64,000 bases of DNA, taken from NCBI RefSeq assembly GCF_023055435.1, contig NW_025964235.1:930001-994000 (forward strand), given 5' to 3'. Below, piece after piece: positions 50,539 to 62,717 of the stretch. Every line of letters begins with the position of its first letter. Within the stretch, counting starts at the first letter, position 1. Below the pieces are notes generated by a model. The model did no database searches. It saw only the letters and a list, made by a program, of their open reading frames with translations, and had not been told where the DNA came from. The position numbers were made by a program, and so were the translations under genes. This DNA comes from Haliotis rufescens. Its lineage: Eukaryota.

Positions 50539-50818
50539 GTGAGTGAGTGAGTTGGGTTTAACGCCGCTTTTAACAGTATTCCAGTTATATCGAGGCGTGT
50601 CAGCTTAATGTGGGAGGAAAGCCCGAAGTAATGCAGGTCTCAGACGTTTACCACTTTTACCACGTTTACCCACGAGCACGGGTACGGTGCTGACAAACCT
50701 AGAAACATAATCGGGGCGAACCGGGATTCGAACATACAATCATAGGTTTCTGGCGTGCCCAAGGCAACTCTGCACAGCGAATTGCCGCGCCTTAGACGAC
50801 TGGGCCACCCGTGCCCCC
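50539..50818 (-). mobile_element. Chimeric junction SINE (B/C boundary)
   Basis: Left flank gacagcgacatgtga (50524-50538), right flank gtattttatactga (50819-50832). Confidence 0.88.
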
Positions 50819-52869
50819 GTATTTTATACTGACAACTGCCATTTATTGCCATTGAATATTGGACTACCACTCTATTGTTTATCGCCCTTGTAATCGCCGT
50901 GCAGTAATTTGTGTGGATATGTAAATTCAGTGAATTTGTGTTTCACACTAAGTTCATTTACGTACAGATTTCTGGATAAACATATTGTTTCAATTTGAGA
51001 ATCGACACGTAATAATAAGAATAGGAATTTCTGCTCTGATTGTCAAAACAAGGTAATTTGGCCAAGAAGTTAAAGTTCAGGTATATCGATGATCTGATAT
51101 CGTTAAATCCATCAATCAGCCAATACCCTTCCACTGAGTTACCCATCATAACTAGAAACCAGTGAGACTGCTGAATCTGTTTCATATTTAGATGTATGCA
51201 TGACATTTCAGAACCACAAAACACTCTCCACGAGGCTGCATGAATAGCGGGATGACTTCAACTTTCCCTTTATGGAAAGGGTATTGTCGCATTTATTTAT
51301 ATGATAAGCCCAATTACAGACGTTCGTGATGTGTTTCTCCAGGCTCTTCAAATATGACTCTCAAGCTGCTGCCGTCGTCACTTGGGCAGACAATACATTC
51401 ATCTATTTCCAGATTTGCAGCATACTCACGACCCGTAGACGCTGATTTACCGTGACATGGCGTAAGCGTTATTTGCGGTTAAACAAAACTGTTTCATGGG
51501 CACCTGATAGCTAAACAGTTATTGTGAGCTGTTCACATTAAAAAAACAACACGTGTGTGAGTATCATGGTCCGAAGAAGCACTCAATCATCTGGTCTAGA
51601 TTCGATTACTCACAGACTGCCGTCATATCTACTGCCGACAACACATATGGGAACTCGACAACACATATGGGAACTCGACAACACATATGGGAACTCGACA
51701 ACACATATGGGAACTCGACAACACATATGGGAACTCGAACAACACATATGGGAACTGGTGAAATGAAAATGAAGATGTAATGACAATAAATGTCTGTAAA
51801 ATTTATTTCGGGAGTGTAGATCAATATCTGTATCCACCATGTCGGGCGACACATGCACGACTCCTTGATGGTATACTGTTGATTAACTTGCACATGGTTG
51901 CCCTTGGTATTGGACGCCATTACGCCTGAAGAGCTGCCCAAACTGGGGTCAACGTATCGCTGCCCAGTCAGTTCGCTTGTCATGTGTGATACTGCCCCCA
52001 TACCGACCATGGTCAAGAATTGTTGCCCTGGCCAATCCCAATCTTTGCCGCCTGTGGTAAGCTGTAATGGTCACACCCTTCACAGGACGCCTTGCTTTCA
52101 GGCGGGCTGCACAGAGTCAGTTTTTATCTGTAGAATCGCATTCCTGTTATTGTACGGAATCCACTATTGACAGCAGATTTCAATCTATTGCGTGGCATAA
52201 TGTAATGAGACGATCTTATCCAGGTGTCGTATTTTTAGGCCTGCCACGTCCAGGTCTCATTGTAACCCTCTCCGTTTGACGGTACTTGTCTCACAGAAAT
52301 TACACATTTTTATTTGCCAAACATGTCATTCTCCTCATTGACATGTCATGCAAATCTCCTTAGTGACACGTCATGTCAATCTCCTCATTGACACATCATG
52401 TCAATGTCCTTAGTGACACATCATGTCAATCTCCTCATTGACACGTCATGCCAATCTCCTTAGTGACACGTCATGCCAATCTCCTCATTGACACGTCATG
52501 CCAATCTCCTTAGTGACACGTCATGCCAATCTCCTCATTGACACGTCATGTCAATCTCCTCATTGACACGTCATGTCAATCTCCTTAGTGACACGTCATG
52601 CCAATCTCCTCATTGACACGTCATGTCAAACTCCTCATTGACACGTCATGTCAATGTCCATAGTGACACGTCATGTCAATCTCTTTACTGACACGTCATG
52701 TCAATCTCCTTAGTGACACGTCATGTCAATCTCCTCATTGACACGTCATGCCAATCTCCTTAGTGACACGTCATGTCAATCTCCTTAGTGACACGTCACG
52801 TTGTTCTCAAGAAAACATTCCACTGATAATATGAATGAAATGGAGCTTAAAGCTTCTCAACTGTTTGCT

Positions 52870-54786
52870 TCATACGGTGTATTTATTTATCCTATCTTTA
52901 GCATCAATCACATAGAGTGATCCCTCCTCATCGAAAGCAACATGACTGGGATAATGCAGCCCATCACGTATTGTTTTGTACTGAAGACATTTTTTACCAC
53001 TTGAGCTATAAACGAGGACTCCTCCCCAATCGTAGTCCGCAACGAAAATGGTTCCATCACGTGACACACAAGTCCCATTGGGTTTCCACCCAGTATCATA
53101 TTCCCAACTGCTCCACCTGTCCTTCCCTCCACTTGATAGGACTCTTAGACTTCCACTTCCCCATTCACTCATGACTATATCCCCTTCAGGGGTGACGGAC
53201 AGGGACGCCAGGGGGAACCGGATGCTGCAGTCTATATACCTCTTCATCGTGCCCTCCAGGTTGTAGACGTGAAGTCTTTTGTCACCAGGAATATTGCCAA
53301 CCACAATCCCAACATCGTCAGACGCAGCTAGACTGTATGTGAAGGGTAGACCTTCGTCTGGTTTAGTCTTGTTCAGTTTGACCTTTGTTCGTAGATGACC
53401 CTTTAAAGTGAAAATACACAAATAATTCTCACTGACCACAACAATGATGTCCCCAGCAACAGCAATTGCACGGGGATAGAATCCATCCACGGTGATTTCT
53501 TGTTTCAACTTACCACAAGAGTTGATCATCTTGACCTTTCTATTGGCTAGATCTGATATCAACAGCCCAGCACCGAAACTGTATGCCGTTCCTTTGATGT
53601 TAGGGTTCTTTGTATCACCTTTAGATTTTGCAGAAAATGTTCTTTGGAATTTCATATTGTATCTTGATGGAATAGATCTGGTCTGTGCTTCACTGGCTTC
53701 ACTCTGTGTTGTCTGCTTTTTGTCCTGTTTCTCGTTCTGTTCATCATCCTTTGCAACAGTCAATGCATCCGTCTTGTGAATAGCCATGGCATGTCCTTTG
53801 AGCTGTTGGAGTCTGTCCATAATGGTCGTCTTCAGCATCAGTAACTCGTCATCCTTGCCTGTCTCCAGGATGCTGTCACAGAAGTCGACACAACTGCCAA
53901 TCCTATTTTTCTGTTGCGAGAGTTCTTGTAACATGGTGCTGTGTTCCTTCTCTATTTCTTTCATTTCAGTGGAAAGTTTTCTCAGTGAATCGTGTTGTCT
54001 GCTTTTTATTTTTGCAATTTCTCGTTCCGCATTTTCTTCAATGCGAGATGTCTCTAATTCTCTTTTTTGTTTTAATGCTTTTGTCAAAGATAAGATACTC
54101 ATTTCTTGTTTGGAAACTTCCTTGAATTCTTTGCGAATGATCTCAACCTTAGACTTCATCATTGACTTCAAATGGCTTACAGTTTCTGTGATAGGTTGAG
54201 TGTTGTGGTCCTTGTGGAGAAGAATAACGCATGCTATACAGACTGGTAAATGACAAGATTGGCAAAAGTATTCCACATCTTTGTCCTGGTGCTGTTGACA
54301 TTGAATTCTCTGTGACTTTCTGAACGTTTCATCATGCAGTCCTCCCCTGAGGTCTGCTACAGAAACAATCTGATGACAATGTGTTTGGGTTGAAGCATTG
54401 TGTCCATCGGAACAGTCTGTACAGAGGCCATCGCCGCAGTTGAGACACTTCATTTCTGCTGGGGAGGATCGTCCTTTCAACCCACATGGCGTGCATTGCA
54501 TTGACTTGGCTGTCTTAGATCTTACAAGTTCAGCGAGTCCATTGATGAAGAAATTATTCTTGAAGGAATCTGCCTCAACTGAAATTGGTTCTCGACACTC
54601 TGGACAGAGTGCTGGTCTTTGTTCAGACTGATGTGACTCTGTGCGCGCGCATATGCACCTAAAGCAGAAGGAATGGAGGCAGGGCAGGATTCTGGCATCT
54701 GTGATCAATTCTTGACAGATGCCACAAGTCAGGAAGTCATTGTGGTGTAAATCAACAACTGATCGATCTGGTAACGTTCCGGCCAT
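52870..54786 (-). CDS. TRIM-family E3 ligase paralog 5 (unit C), 638 aa
   Basis: Intact ORF colinear with paralogs 3 and 4; A-like RING, mostly B-like downstream. Confidence 0.93.
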   Translation of the reverse strand: MAGTLPDRSVVDLHHNDFLTCGICQELITDARILPCLHSFCFRCICARTESHQSEQRPALCPECREPISVEADSFKNNFFINGLAELVRSKTAKSMQCTPCGLKGRSSPAEMKCLNCGDGLCTDCSDGHNASTQTHCHQIVSVADLRGGLHDETFRKSQRIQCQQHQDKDVEYFCQSCHLPVCIACVILLHKDHNTQPITETVSHLKSMMKSKVEIIRKEFKEVSKQEMSILSLTKALKQKRELETSRIEENAEREIAKIKSRQHDSLRKLSTEMKEIEKEHSTMLQELSQQKNRIGSCVDFCDSILETGKDDELLMLKTTIMDRLQQLKGHAMAIHKTDALTVAKDDEQNEKQDKKQTTQSEASEAQTRSIPSRYNMKFQRTFSAKSKGDTKNPNIKGTAYSFGAGLLISDLANRKVKMINSCGKLKQEITVDGFYPRAIAVAGDIIVVVSENYLCIFTLKGHLRTKVKLNKTKPDEGLPFTYSLAASDDVGIVVGNIPGDKRLHVYNLEGTMKRYIDCSIRFPLASLSVTPEGDIVMSEWGSGSLRVLSSGGKDRWSSWEYDTGWKPNGTCVSRDGTIFVADYDWGGVLVYSSSGKKCLQYKTIRDGLHYPSHVAFDEEGSLYVIDAKDRINKYTV

Positions 54787-56378
54787 CTTGGCTGAAAAAA
54801 AGAAACATATTTCAATAGAAAGTTGTCTCTATGATGTCAGACTGAAATATTAAGAGACATTGTTTGCGGTCATTGTTGATTGGTTTGGTATATACTGGCG
54901 GGAAAGAGTATCTGCTTCATATTCAGTGGTGTAAATGCTACGTTATTTAAAAAAAACACCAAAAACCCAAATATCATATTTGGTCATTTGTCTGATCAAA
55001 GTATTATCAAAACCCATACCAGGTAACAGAAGACAGAGGGACACGCCCCAAAATAGTGGTAGTGATACAACTTAATTAACAATGTCAATATCGGATCTGA
55101 CCACCACTTGCGTTGATACATGCGAGGCAGCGGCAGTGTACTGAATACACCAAATGATTAAAAACAGCCTGGGTGATGTTGTTCGAAGTGCCAACCAAAT
55201 ATTGGCCCATCTGAGTGGGCCCTCACTGGCTGGTTCTGATCTTGTCGTAGGCGTCAATCCATCTCATCCCAGGCATGTACAAAGTGGGGGAGAGGTCTGG
55301 AGGAACATCCGACCATGACAGTACAGCAATGTCATGCTGCCTCAAAAAGCCTATTACAACATGTGCAAAACATGGGCGGGCATTATCCTGCTACAACGAG
55401 ACGCTACGTCCCTACATTTGCACAAACGGTAGGACGGTGCATTGATAGATGCATTCAGAATAAATATATTTTTATGAAGCACAGTTTCTTTTTTTCCGTC
55501 AGTATATTTACTATTGTGTTCAGACAGACTCTTAATAAGGAGTGTGCGTGTCTGCAACCAAATCAAAAACCAGCATTTCACTTTTACAGGTCAGACTTAA
55601 CTCATACCAACATATAAGATGAGTGAGCATAAGATATATGGATGAACAACTTCTTTATTACAATAAGAAACAACGTTTCGGTGTAGGTTCTAACACCGTT
55701 ATCAAGCAAGTGAGTATAGTTGACAAGTATATATACAGGTTGCAGGCAGTTTTTATACAGTAGAGTAGATATCAGATGTAGATAATAGAGTAGATATCAG
55801 ATGTAGATAATAGAGTAGATATCAGATGTAGCTACACTGGAGTGGAGAAGCTTGTTATGTACATCTTATCCTTAGTACTCAAACTTCAATACCTCAAAGA
55901 AACATATAAGATGGTTGTCAGCAAGACTCTTGGTAGGGTATTGCTTTCCTTATATACAGCGTATACACGACAGAATTTGGGATTCCTGACCAATAATCTA
56001 TTCACCAATTTTGGTTTTTGAGTGAGTTAGTCCGTCATCTCGGTTTAATGCCGGGCTGAAAAGTATTTTAGTTAGCAAGGCGTTTCAGTTGACAAGCCAA
56101 GGGACATGATTAGGTTGAAGTTGGGATTTCAATGGACCCTTGCGTGGCAAAGACAGACACCCCGCTGAGAGAATTGCGTTGCCACAATTGCGTAGGGGTG
56201 TTTCCATGGGGAGCGTCTCCGACCCTCCACACTATTGACTATAGTGTGTGTTGCACAGCTCTGTTGACTGTTATGAAGCCTCCAGACAGACATGTCACAA
56301 CACTGACCCCGATAAAAGGACAGCTGTAGCGTATGTGGTAGCCTCTCTCCCCCCCCCCCCCTCTCTCTCTCTCGCACG

Positions 56379-56423
<45 letters not shown>

Positions 56424-57397
56424 TATGAATGGAATACCGACCCGACACACAGTCACACCACATGCATGTTCTCGCCTACCTGCTCCATCCATCGTCCTAA
56501 CATAAGAGATACGTCGAAAACTCTTACTCTGAAGGCGGCTGATAAGTGACTCGGCAGTCTCGTGACTATGCTGTTGCATTATGTGCTTTGATACAATCAG
56601 ACGTCACCGCCCTGAGTATGCTCGTATGCCAGTCACATGAGAGAACTGAACAAGAGCGACATTGATACAAGTAATCTGTAGGTGTTACCGTCACGATGGT
56701 TGATGCGAGATGTTCCCGTATAAAACAATATAACTAGCGAGATAAATTAGAGATTTTACAATGGTAACACATGAATACACAATGCCATTATGAATACACA
56801 ATTCCTTTTAGAAGTGGTCAAATGTAACAAATGTTATATTTGGGATAACACTTTCTTAGTAAAGTACAGATTCTCGTACTTTTCTTGGGTTGAGTCCCGT
56901 CCGGGATTCGAACCCACTCAGCTAAGAAAAGTACGAGAATCTGTACTTTACTAAGAAAGTGTCATCCCAAATATAACATTTGTTACAAATGGTAACACAG
57001 CCGATATAAATCAGGAATTCTAAGGCATACAATTGTATTTAGTGGTGGCATTTCCTAATAGATACAAGAAGTATTTACTATATCTGTGAATGTTCAAGAG
57101 ACTTGAGCAATATGTGACACTAGTAAAAGGGTACTGCGTCAGGCTAACATTTCAGATAATATGATCATGGGCTGACTGAAAAGGCATAATGCGTGTTCTG
57201 TTATGTCAATAAGCCACCAAGAGTTACTGCCCTTAAGGAGGAAGTAAGACACGCACATTTCCAGGACATTCAGTACGAGACAACAAAGTCGTAGGGCTGA
57301 ATATCCAAAGGAATCAATGAGCAGGACAAAACCAACTTCCAGGTGTACTACAGCCATTGAAACGTTCATGATGGAATGGAGTGTCTGTGGCTGCACG

Positions 57398-57644
57398 GTT
57401 AGGTTGAGGTGGTTGTGGGGGTAGGGTTGGTATAGGTTAGGGCGGCTATGAGGGTGGGGTTTGCATGACTTGGGATAGCCGTGGGGGTAGGGTTTGTTTG
57501 AGGTGGAGTGGTTGTGGGGGTAGGGTTTGTTTGAGGTGGAGTGACTGTGAGGGTAGGGTTTGTTTGAGGTGGAGTGGTTGTGGGGGTTGGGTTTGTATGA
57601 GGTGGAGTGGTTGTGGGGGTTGGGTTTGTATGAGGTGGGGAGGC
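57398..57644. repeat. G-rich minisatellite, unit C (~0.25 kb)
   Basis: Only the diverged edge units remain. Confidence 0.9.
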
Positions 57645-57920
57645 TAGACTGAAACTGACGTTTCTACAATCACTTACTTCGTCAAAGCTTAATCAGATAT
57701 ACTAGCGACATAATCACTTACCATTTACTTAGCAACATTAGATTTCCCCAACTCTACGACAGTGTTGATCAAGCTCATACCAGCTTTCCGGTTACTCTGC
57801 CAGTATCATTGCGATAGTATAGAGAGCTCCGCCAACGGAGGAGGCTTGAGTGTAAACGTGTAATCACTTCCTGTAAGGGAGCAATCATTTCATATTCGTG
57901 TGTGTGGTGTGGTGTGGTGT

Positions 57921-57957
<37 letters not shown>

Positions 57958-59938
57958 TTTTGGGTACTCCAATATTAGTTTTAAAATATGAAAAAAAACG
58001 AAAACTGTTTTCCTTGGACATTTGTCTGCGAGAAATAGCACATTATTTTTCCTACGCTGCGATGCAAATGTAATTTCTTCCAGTAAAGAAAGGAGCTTGA
58101 TTATTTTTTCCCCCATGAAAATCCCCTCAATCCCAACCCTACTGAGAATCAAATGATTGCTCCCTAACTACATATATGACAGTTATTTTAATGCGGGAGG
58201 CTGGTGGTTCGAACCCCACATGGGTAGATTGTGTGAATTCTTTATTATGTCCCCCGTCTTGATAGTGCTGTAAATATTGCTACAAGCGGCGTATTACCCA
58301 ACTCACTCAACTCCAGGAATCACTTAGGAGGTGTATTAAACACTTAAATTTACTTAAAGTAGAGATTAAATGAACAACATATAGTATAAATATAAACCCG
58401 AAGGGACAATGAGTAAGTATATTATGTTTGAGTGTGTATTTCCAGGATGTGCTGAAGCACAACTGAATGTCTACGTCAGGATCCCTGAACACACTATTCA
58501 CAATCATGTCTTGTATCAATACGTCAACAAGAAACAGATAACAGGACATAGAACATTAGGTACTAAAATCATTCTATCAGAACGTGTACATGGAACACAG
58601 GATAGGACACAGAACATTAAATATTGTCATCTGTCAGATTGTAACTTAAAAACGTAGAATAGGACAGACTACATAAAATAATGTCATCTATCAGAATGTA
58701 ACTAAAGGACATGGAATAGGACATAGAACATCAAATGATGTCATCTATTCAGGACATCGAACATTAAATAATGTCATCTATTTCGGACATAGAACATCAA
58801 ATGATGTCATCTATTCAGGACATCGAACATCAAATAATGTCATCTATTCAGGACATCGAACATCAAATAATGTCATCTATTTCGGACATAGAACATCAAA
58901 TGATGTCATCTATTCAGGACATCGAACATCAAATAATGTCATCTATTTCGGACATAGAACATCAAATGATGTCATCTATTCAGGACATCGAACATTAAAT
59001 AATGTCATCTATTTAGGACATCGAACATTAAATAATGTCATCTATTCAGGACATAGAACATCAAATAATGTCATCTATTCAGGACATCGAAAAATTAAAT
59101 AATGTCATCTATTTAGGACGTGGTAATTCCAACGTTGTATTTTGACAATGTAAGGTATTAAGTCATCCTGTTAGCTTTGTGTAGACAGACACTGATGTGT
59201 GTCTTGCAGTTAACAGTAATTATGATGCGTCAACCCACCATTAGCATACATCTTTAACAAGCCAGCTCCCCACGCGGTGCGCAGCCATCGCTTGGATCTT
59301 CATCTCTACCTCGTGACATCATTATGAATGTTTTCATTAATTAACACTCACTAATAACGACGATGCTTTCCACTTCACATCATTAGTCAAAGGATGCAGA
59401 TGTTCTTTCTCCCACGTGCTGTTTGTTTTCATGGTAGGATTTATGCTTATTATCTTTCAAGTGAAAAACAAATACTAATTAAATATTCAAGTACTCCAGA
59501 CGTCATTACCGCGTGCGGATATTGTTGTCGCTTGCTGAAATTGGAAGATGGCACATTAATCAGTGGAGGGAGGGCTGCTGCAACAAGAACACAAGAAGAA
59601 GACTAACTGATTGAAAGCATCCAGAGTGGTTGGAACATACATTGCTTCGTTAACAACTTCTGGAAGTCGCGTGGTACATACAGACGCACAACCGTTATGC
59701 CGTCAGACACGTGTCAGTCATTGTCAGTCACACACTAAGCCACATGCCTGCATATCCATGCCTAGTTGGTCAATAAACAACCGTTGTAATCTTTATATTA
59801 ACGATTTGGAAATCGACGGCATCGTCGCAGTCGGTACAAAGACGAGTCGAGTGAAAACATTTGAAAGCAGAAACACCATCGGCGATTGCGGAGCACGAGC
59901 AGCACGTGCGCCCGTCTCGCGCTGACAGCGACATGTGA

Positions 59939-60227
59939 GTGAGTGGGTGGGTTGGGTTTAACGCCGCTTTTAACAGTATTCCAGTTATATCGCGGCGTGT
60001 CAGCTTAATGTGGGAGGAAAGCCCGAGGTGATGCAGGTCTCGGACGTTTACCACTTCGGTGAAACCCACGGATATGGTGCTGACAAACCTAGAAACATAA
60101 TCGGGGCGAACCGGGATTCGAACCCAAAATCATAGGTTTCTGGCGTGTCCAATGGACGCAACTCTGCACAACGAATCGCGGCGCCTTAGACTGGGCCGCG
60201 CCTTAGACTGGGCCGCCCGTGCCCCCC
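59939..60227 (-). mobile_element. Full-length tRNA-derived SINE 'Y' (right boundary of the triplication)
   Basis: Same family; perfect 15-bp TSD gacagcgacatgtga at 59924-59938 and 60228-60242. Confidence 0.88.
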
Positions 60228-60452
60228 GACAGCGACATGTGACGGACATCCAAACATTACTGCTGTGTGAGCCCACCGGGCACCACGGTGGTCAGGACAC
60301 GCTGATGTCAAGTCAACAATATATGATAACACTATATCAGTATGAGCGTCTGAGGGAGCATTGTACACCTGGTCGTATGTCAGCGTCCGCCCTCCCCACA
60401 CGGACAAAACTGTGGAGGACGAGGAGACACACATCACAACGATCGCTTCGAG

Positions 60453-60454
<2 letters not shown>

Positions 60455-60490
<36 letters not shown>

Positions 60491-60491
60491 T

Positions 60492-60537
<46 letters not shown>
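60455..60537. repeat. (TG)n microsatellite (others at 43231-43331, 56348-56422, 57898-57957)
   Basis: Seen directly. Confidence 0.95.
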
Positions 60538-60538
<1 letters not shown>

Positions 60539-60991
60539 CGTGTGCACAGTAAGACGTTTCTGTTTGTCGTCAGCAATCGTGTTTGAATAATGGAACTATG
60601 CTTGTCGTATCATTCGCTTTATTTTATCTTTTTCGGGATTTGTTATTTTTCTCATTACTAACTGTCCTTATCCTGGTAACGAGTATATTGATTAAGCTCA
60701 ATCAGTCCTTGTTTACTTTGTTCGGCAGAACAAAATCAGCAATGCGGGGATATCAATTTCAGATCCATTGATTGTTCAGACATACTATCCACCAGACCAG
60801 ACTGCATAATCACGTTGTTATCAACAGACCTAGGATGAACGTTTTTTGCATTATTATTTGTTAAGCTCGGAATTATGGTATACGATGTTATTTGTTTTGT
60901 TGAAGCATGCGACTGATTCATTAGTCATGTATTTGTCTCTGCTCATCTAGGGTAATAACCCTGCGTCATACGTCCGCTGGTTGTCCCGAAC

Positions 60992-61153
60992 TGAGGTGAG
61001 GTGAGGTGAGGTGAGGTGAGGTGAGGTGAGGTGAGGTGAGGTGGAGTTCAACGTCGCGTCCAAGATAATTGCGCTTGTTTTAGCCCCTTAATGTCGACCA
61101 CCTTTTAACGTCTTTTGGTATGACGCGGCCGGGGATCGAACCCGGACCTTCCG
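60992..61153 (-). mobile_element. SINE fragment with (CTCAC)n tail
   Basis: (gtgag)n 60992-61043, then tttggtatgacgcggccggggatcgaaccc (reverse B box GGTTCGATCCC). Confidence 0.6.
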
Positions 61154-61189
61154 GTGAGTGGTACAGGATTGGTATGTAGACAGGTGGAC

Positions 61190-61400
61190 CTGATGTCTTA
61201 GGCACCATAATTCAATGTGCAGAGTTGTGTCACAGGCAGAACTTTACGGTCGTGGGTTCGAATCCTAGATTCGACCTGATTATGATCATTGGTGTGTCAG
61301 CACCATGCCCGTGTTCGTGGGTTGTTCCAAAGTGGTGAACGTCTAAGATCGGCATGGCCTCGGACTGCCTGACACGCCGTGATGTTCCCAGTGTACTCTT
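61190..61400 (+). mobile_element. Diverged copy of the X/Y SINE family
   Basis: tgtgcagagttg..gggttcgaatcc..gtcagcacc..cgtgttcgtggg..tgacacgccgtgat aligns with the reverse complement of SINE X. Confidence 0.65.
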
Positions 61401-62717
61401 CAGTCAGTCCCCTGGTTATTGACACAGGGAACCCACTGGGGAACATACTTATCATGGAATCATATTTATACCATTACTCGACCTTTTATGCAAGTGTAAT
61501 GTAAAGAATTGTCTATCCGAAAAAGCCCATATCCACGTACATATTTGCCTACACCGACTTCGTATTGTCAGATCTGCATTTCACCTTCAACCATGAAAGT
61601 GTTTCAAGCGCTCCTTTTCAGCGAGTCTCCCTTCGGAATTAAAATCAAAACCATTTCACCTGCTCTATTTGGTGGACTTATTACCGTCCTTATCTCTGTT
61701 GCACTCTGTCCGCTTCATCATACTGTTTGCCTAACAGCTTGGCAGGCTTTTATCACTATATCCCGTCGCGCTTGCTAACGCTGCGTCACTTCGTCATCAG
61801 CGCCAGCCTTGTACATCATTGCGGACAGAGCGGCCGCCCGTGTATAGTGCACCAACAATCAACAGTTATGAAAGATATATGTGTCCGTGATTCCACGACG
61901 AGCTGGAGCAACCTTACATTAACGGTATTAATTGTCTTTTATTTATCGCAATATGACATAAAGTATTTAGGTGATTGAAGCTGGCGGGTAATGTTACATT
62001 CGATTGGTAGCATATGCTCGCAAACAAAGTGTGTTAGTACACCCTGATGGAATTAAATCTGGGTTTGATGTATCTTCACAAATTCAGGGACGTCTCCATA
62101 GAAATTCATTATCATGATCCATTCACAACGCGCAGGAACACACCTAGCGCAAGGGCAATGAGCGATGATTCTTTATAGATATTATTCAGGGAGAGTGCTC
62201 GCGAGCAGCTGTGAAGCGACAACCGGATGTGTAGCGTAATGACTCATCACCTCCAGCGATGACAGCGTACACTGAAACAAGCGAACGCAACCAGTGTGAC
62301 GACAAGGAATGACCTTCACCTCGGTGTGTTGACGGTGGTCCTGGGGTGGCTGTACCCGCCTCTGGTTGGCCCCGCCACGAAAGACAGAGTGATAAAGGAG
62401 GATATGGTCCGCTTCAAATTGGATATAAAAAACGCTGAAGGATTTCATTATCCAACATCTTCAAGACACAAGACGTCACGGTGTTTATAAGTAGGCGACG
62501 TATGAACGTTAAGGGTTACCTAGGAAGGACAGTGTTACGTCTACATGATACCTTCCAACCTGCGGTTTTAGAAGACTTCAAAGCAACCAGATACCCACTA
62601 GGCAAATCAGAAGTAACTTTGTTTGCAGGACAATGAGGACACGAAGCACCGATTGTTCCCTGCCTTTGGCTCTGCTGGTGACTCTTTGGACGTGCGGACC
62701 TGACGTTGACGGTAATG

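Larger units (their letters stand above)
50539..59938. repeat. Tandem segmental duplication unit C (~9.4 kb)
   Basis: Colinear with A and B; short VNTRs and no gaps. Confidence 0.93.

Noticed and set aside
457-54786. Assigning the symbol TRIM56, TRIM2/3 or TRIM71
   Set aside because: The architecture is similar but orthology cannot be shown without a phylogeny; the missing filamin domain argues against TRIM2/3/71.
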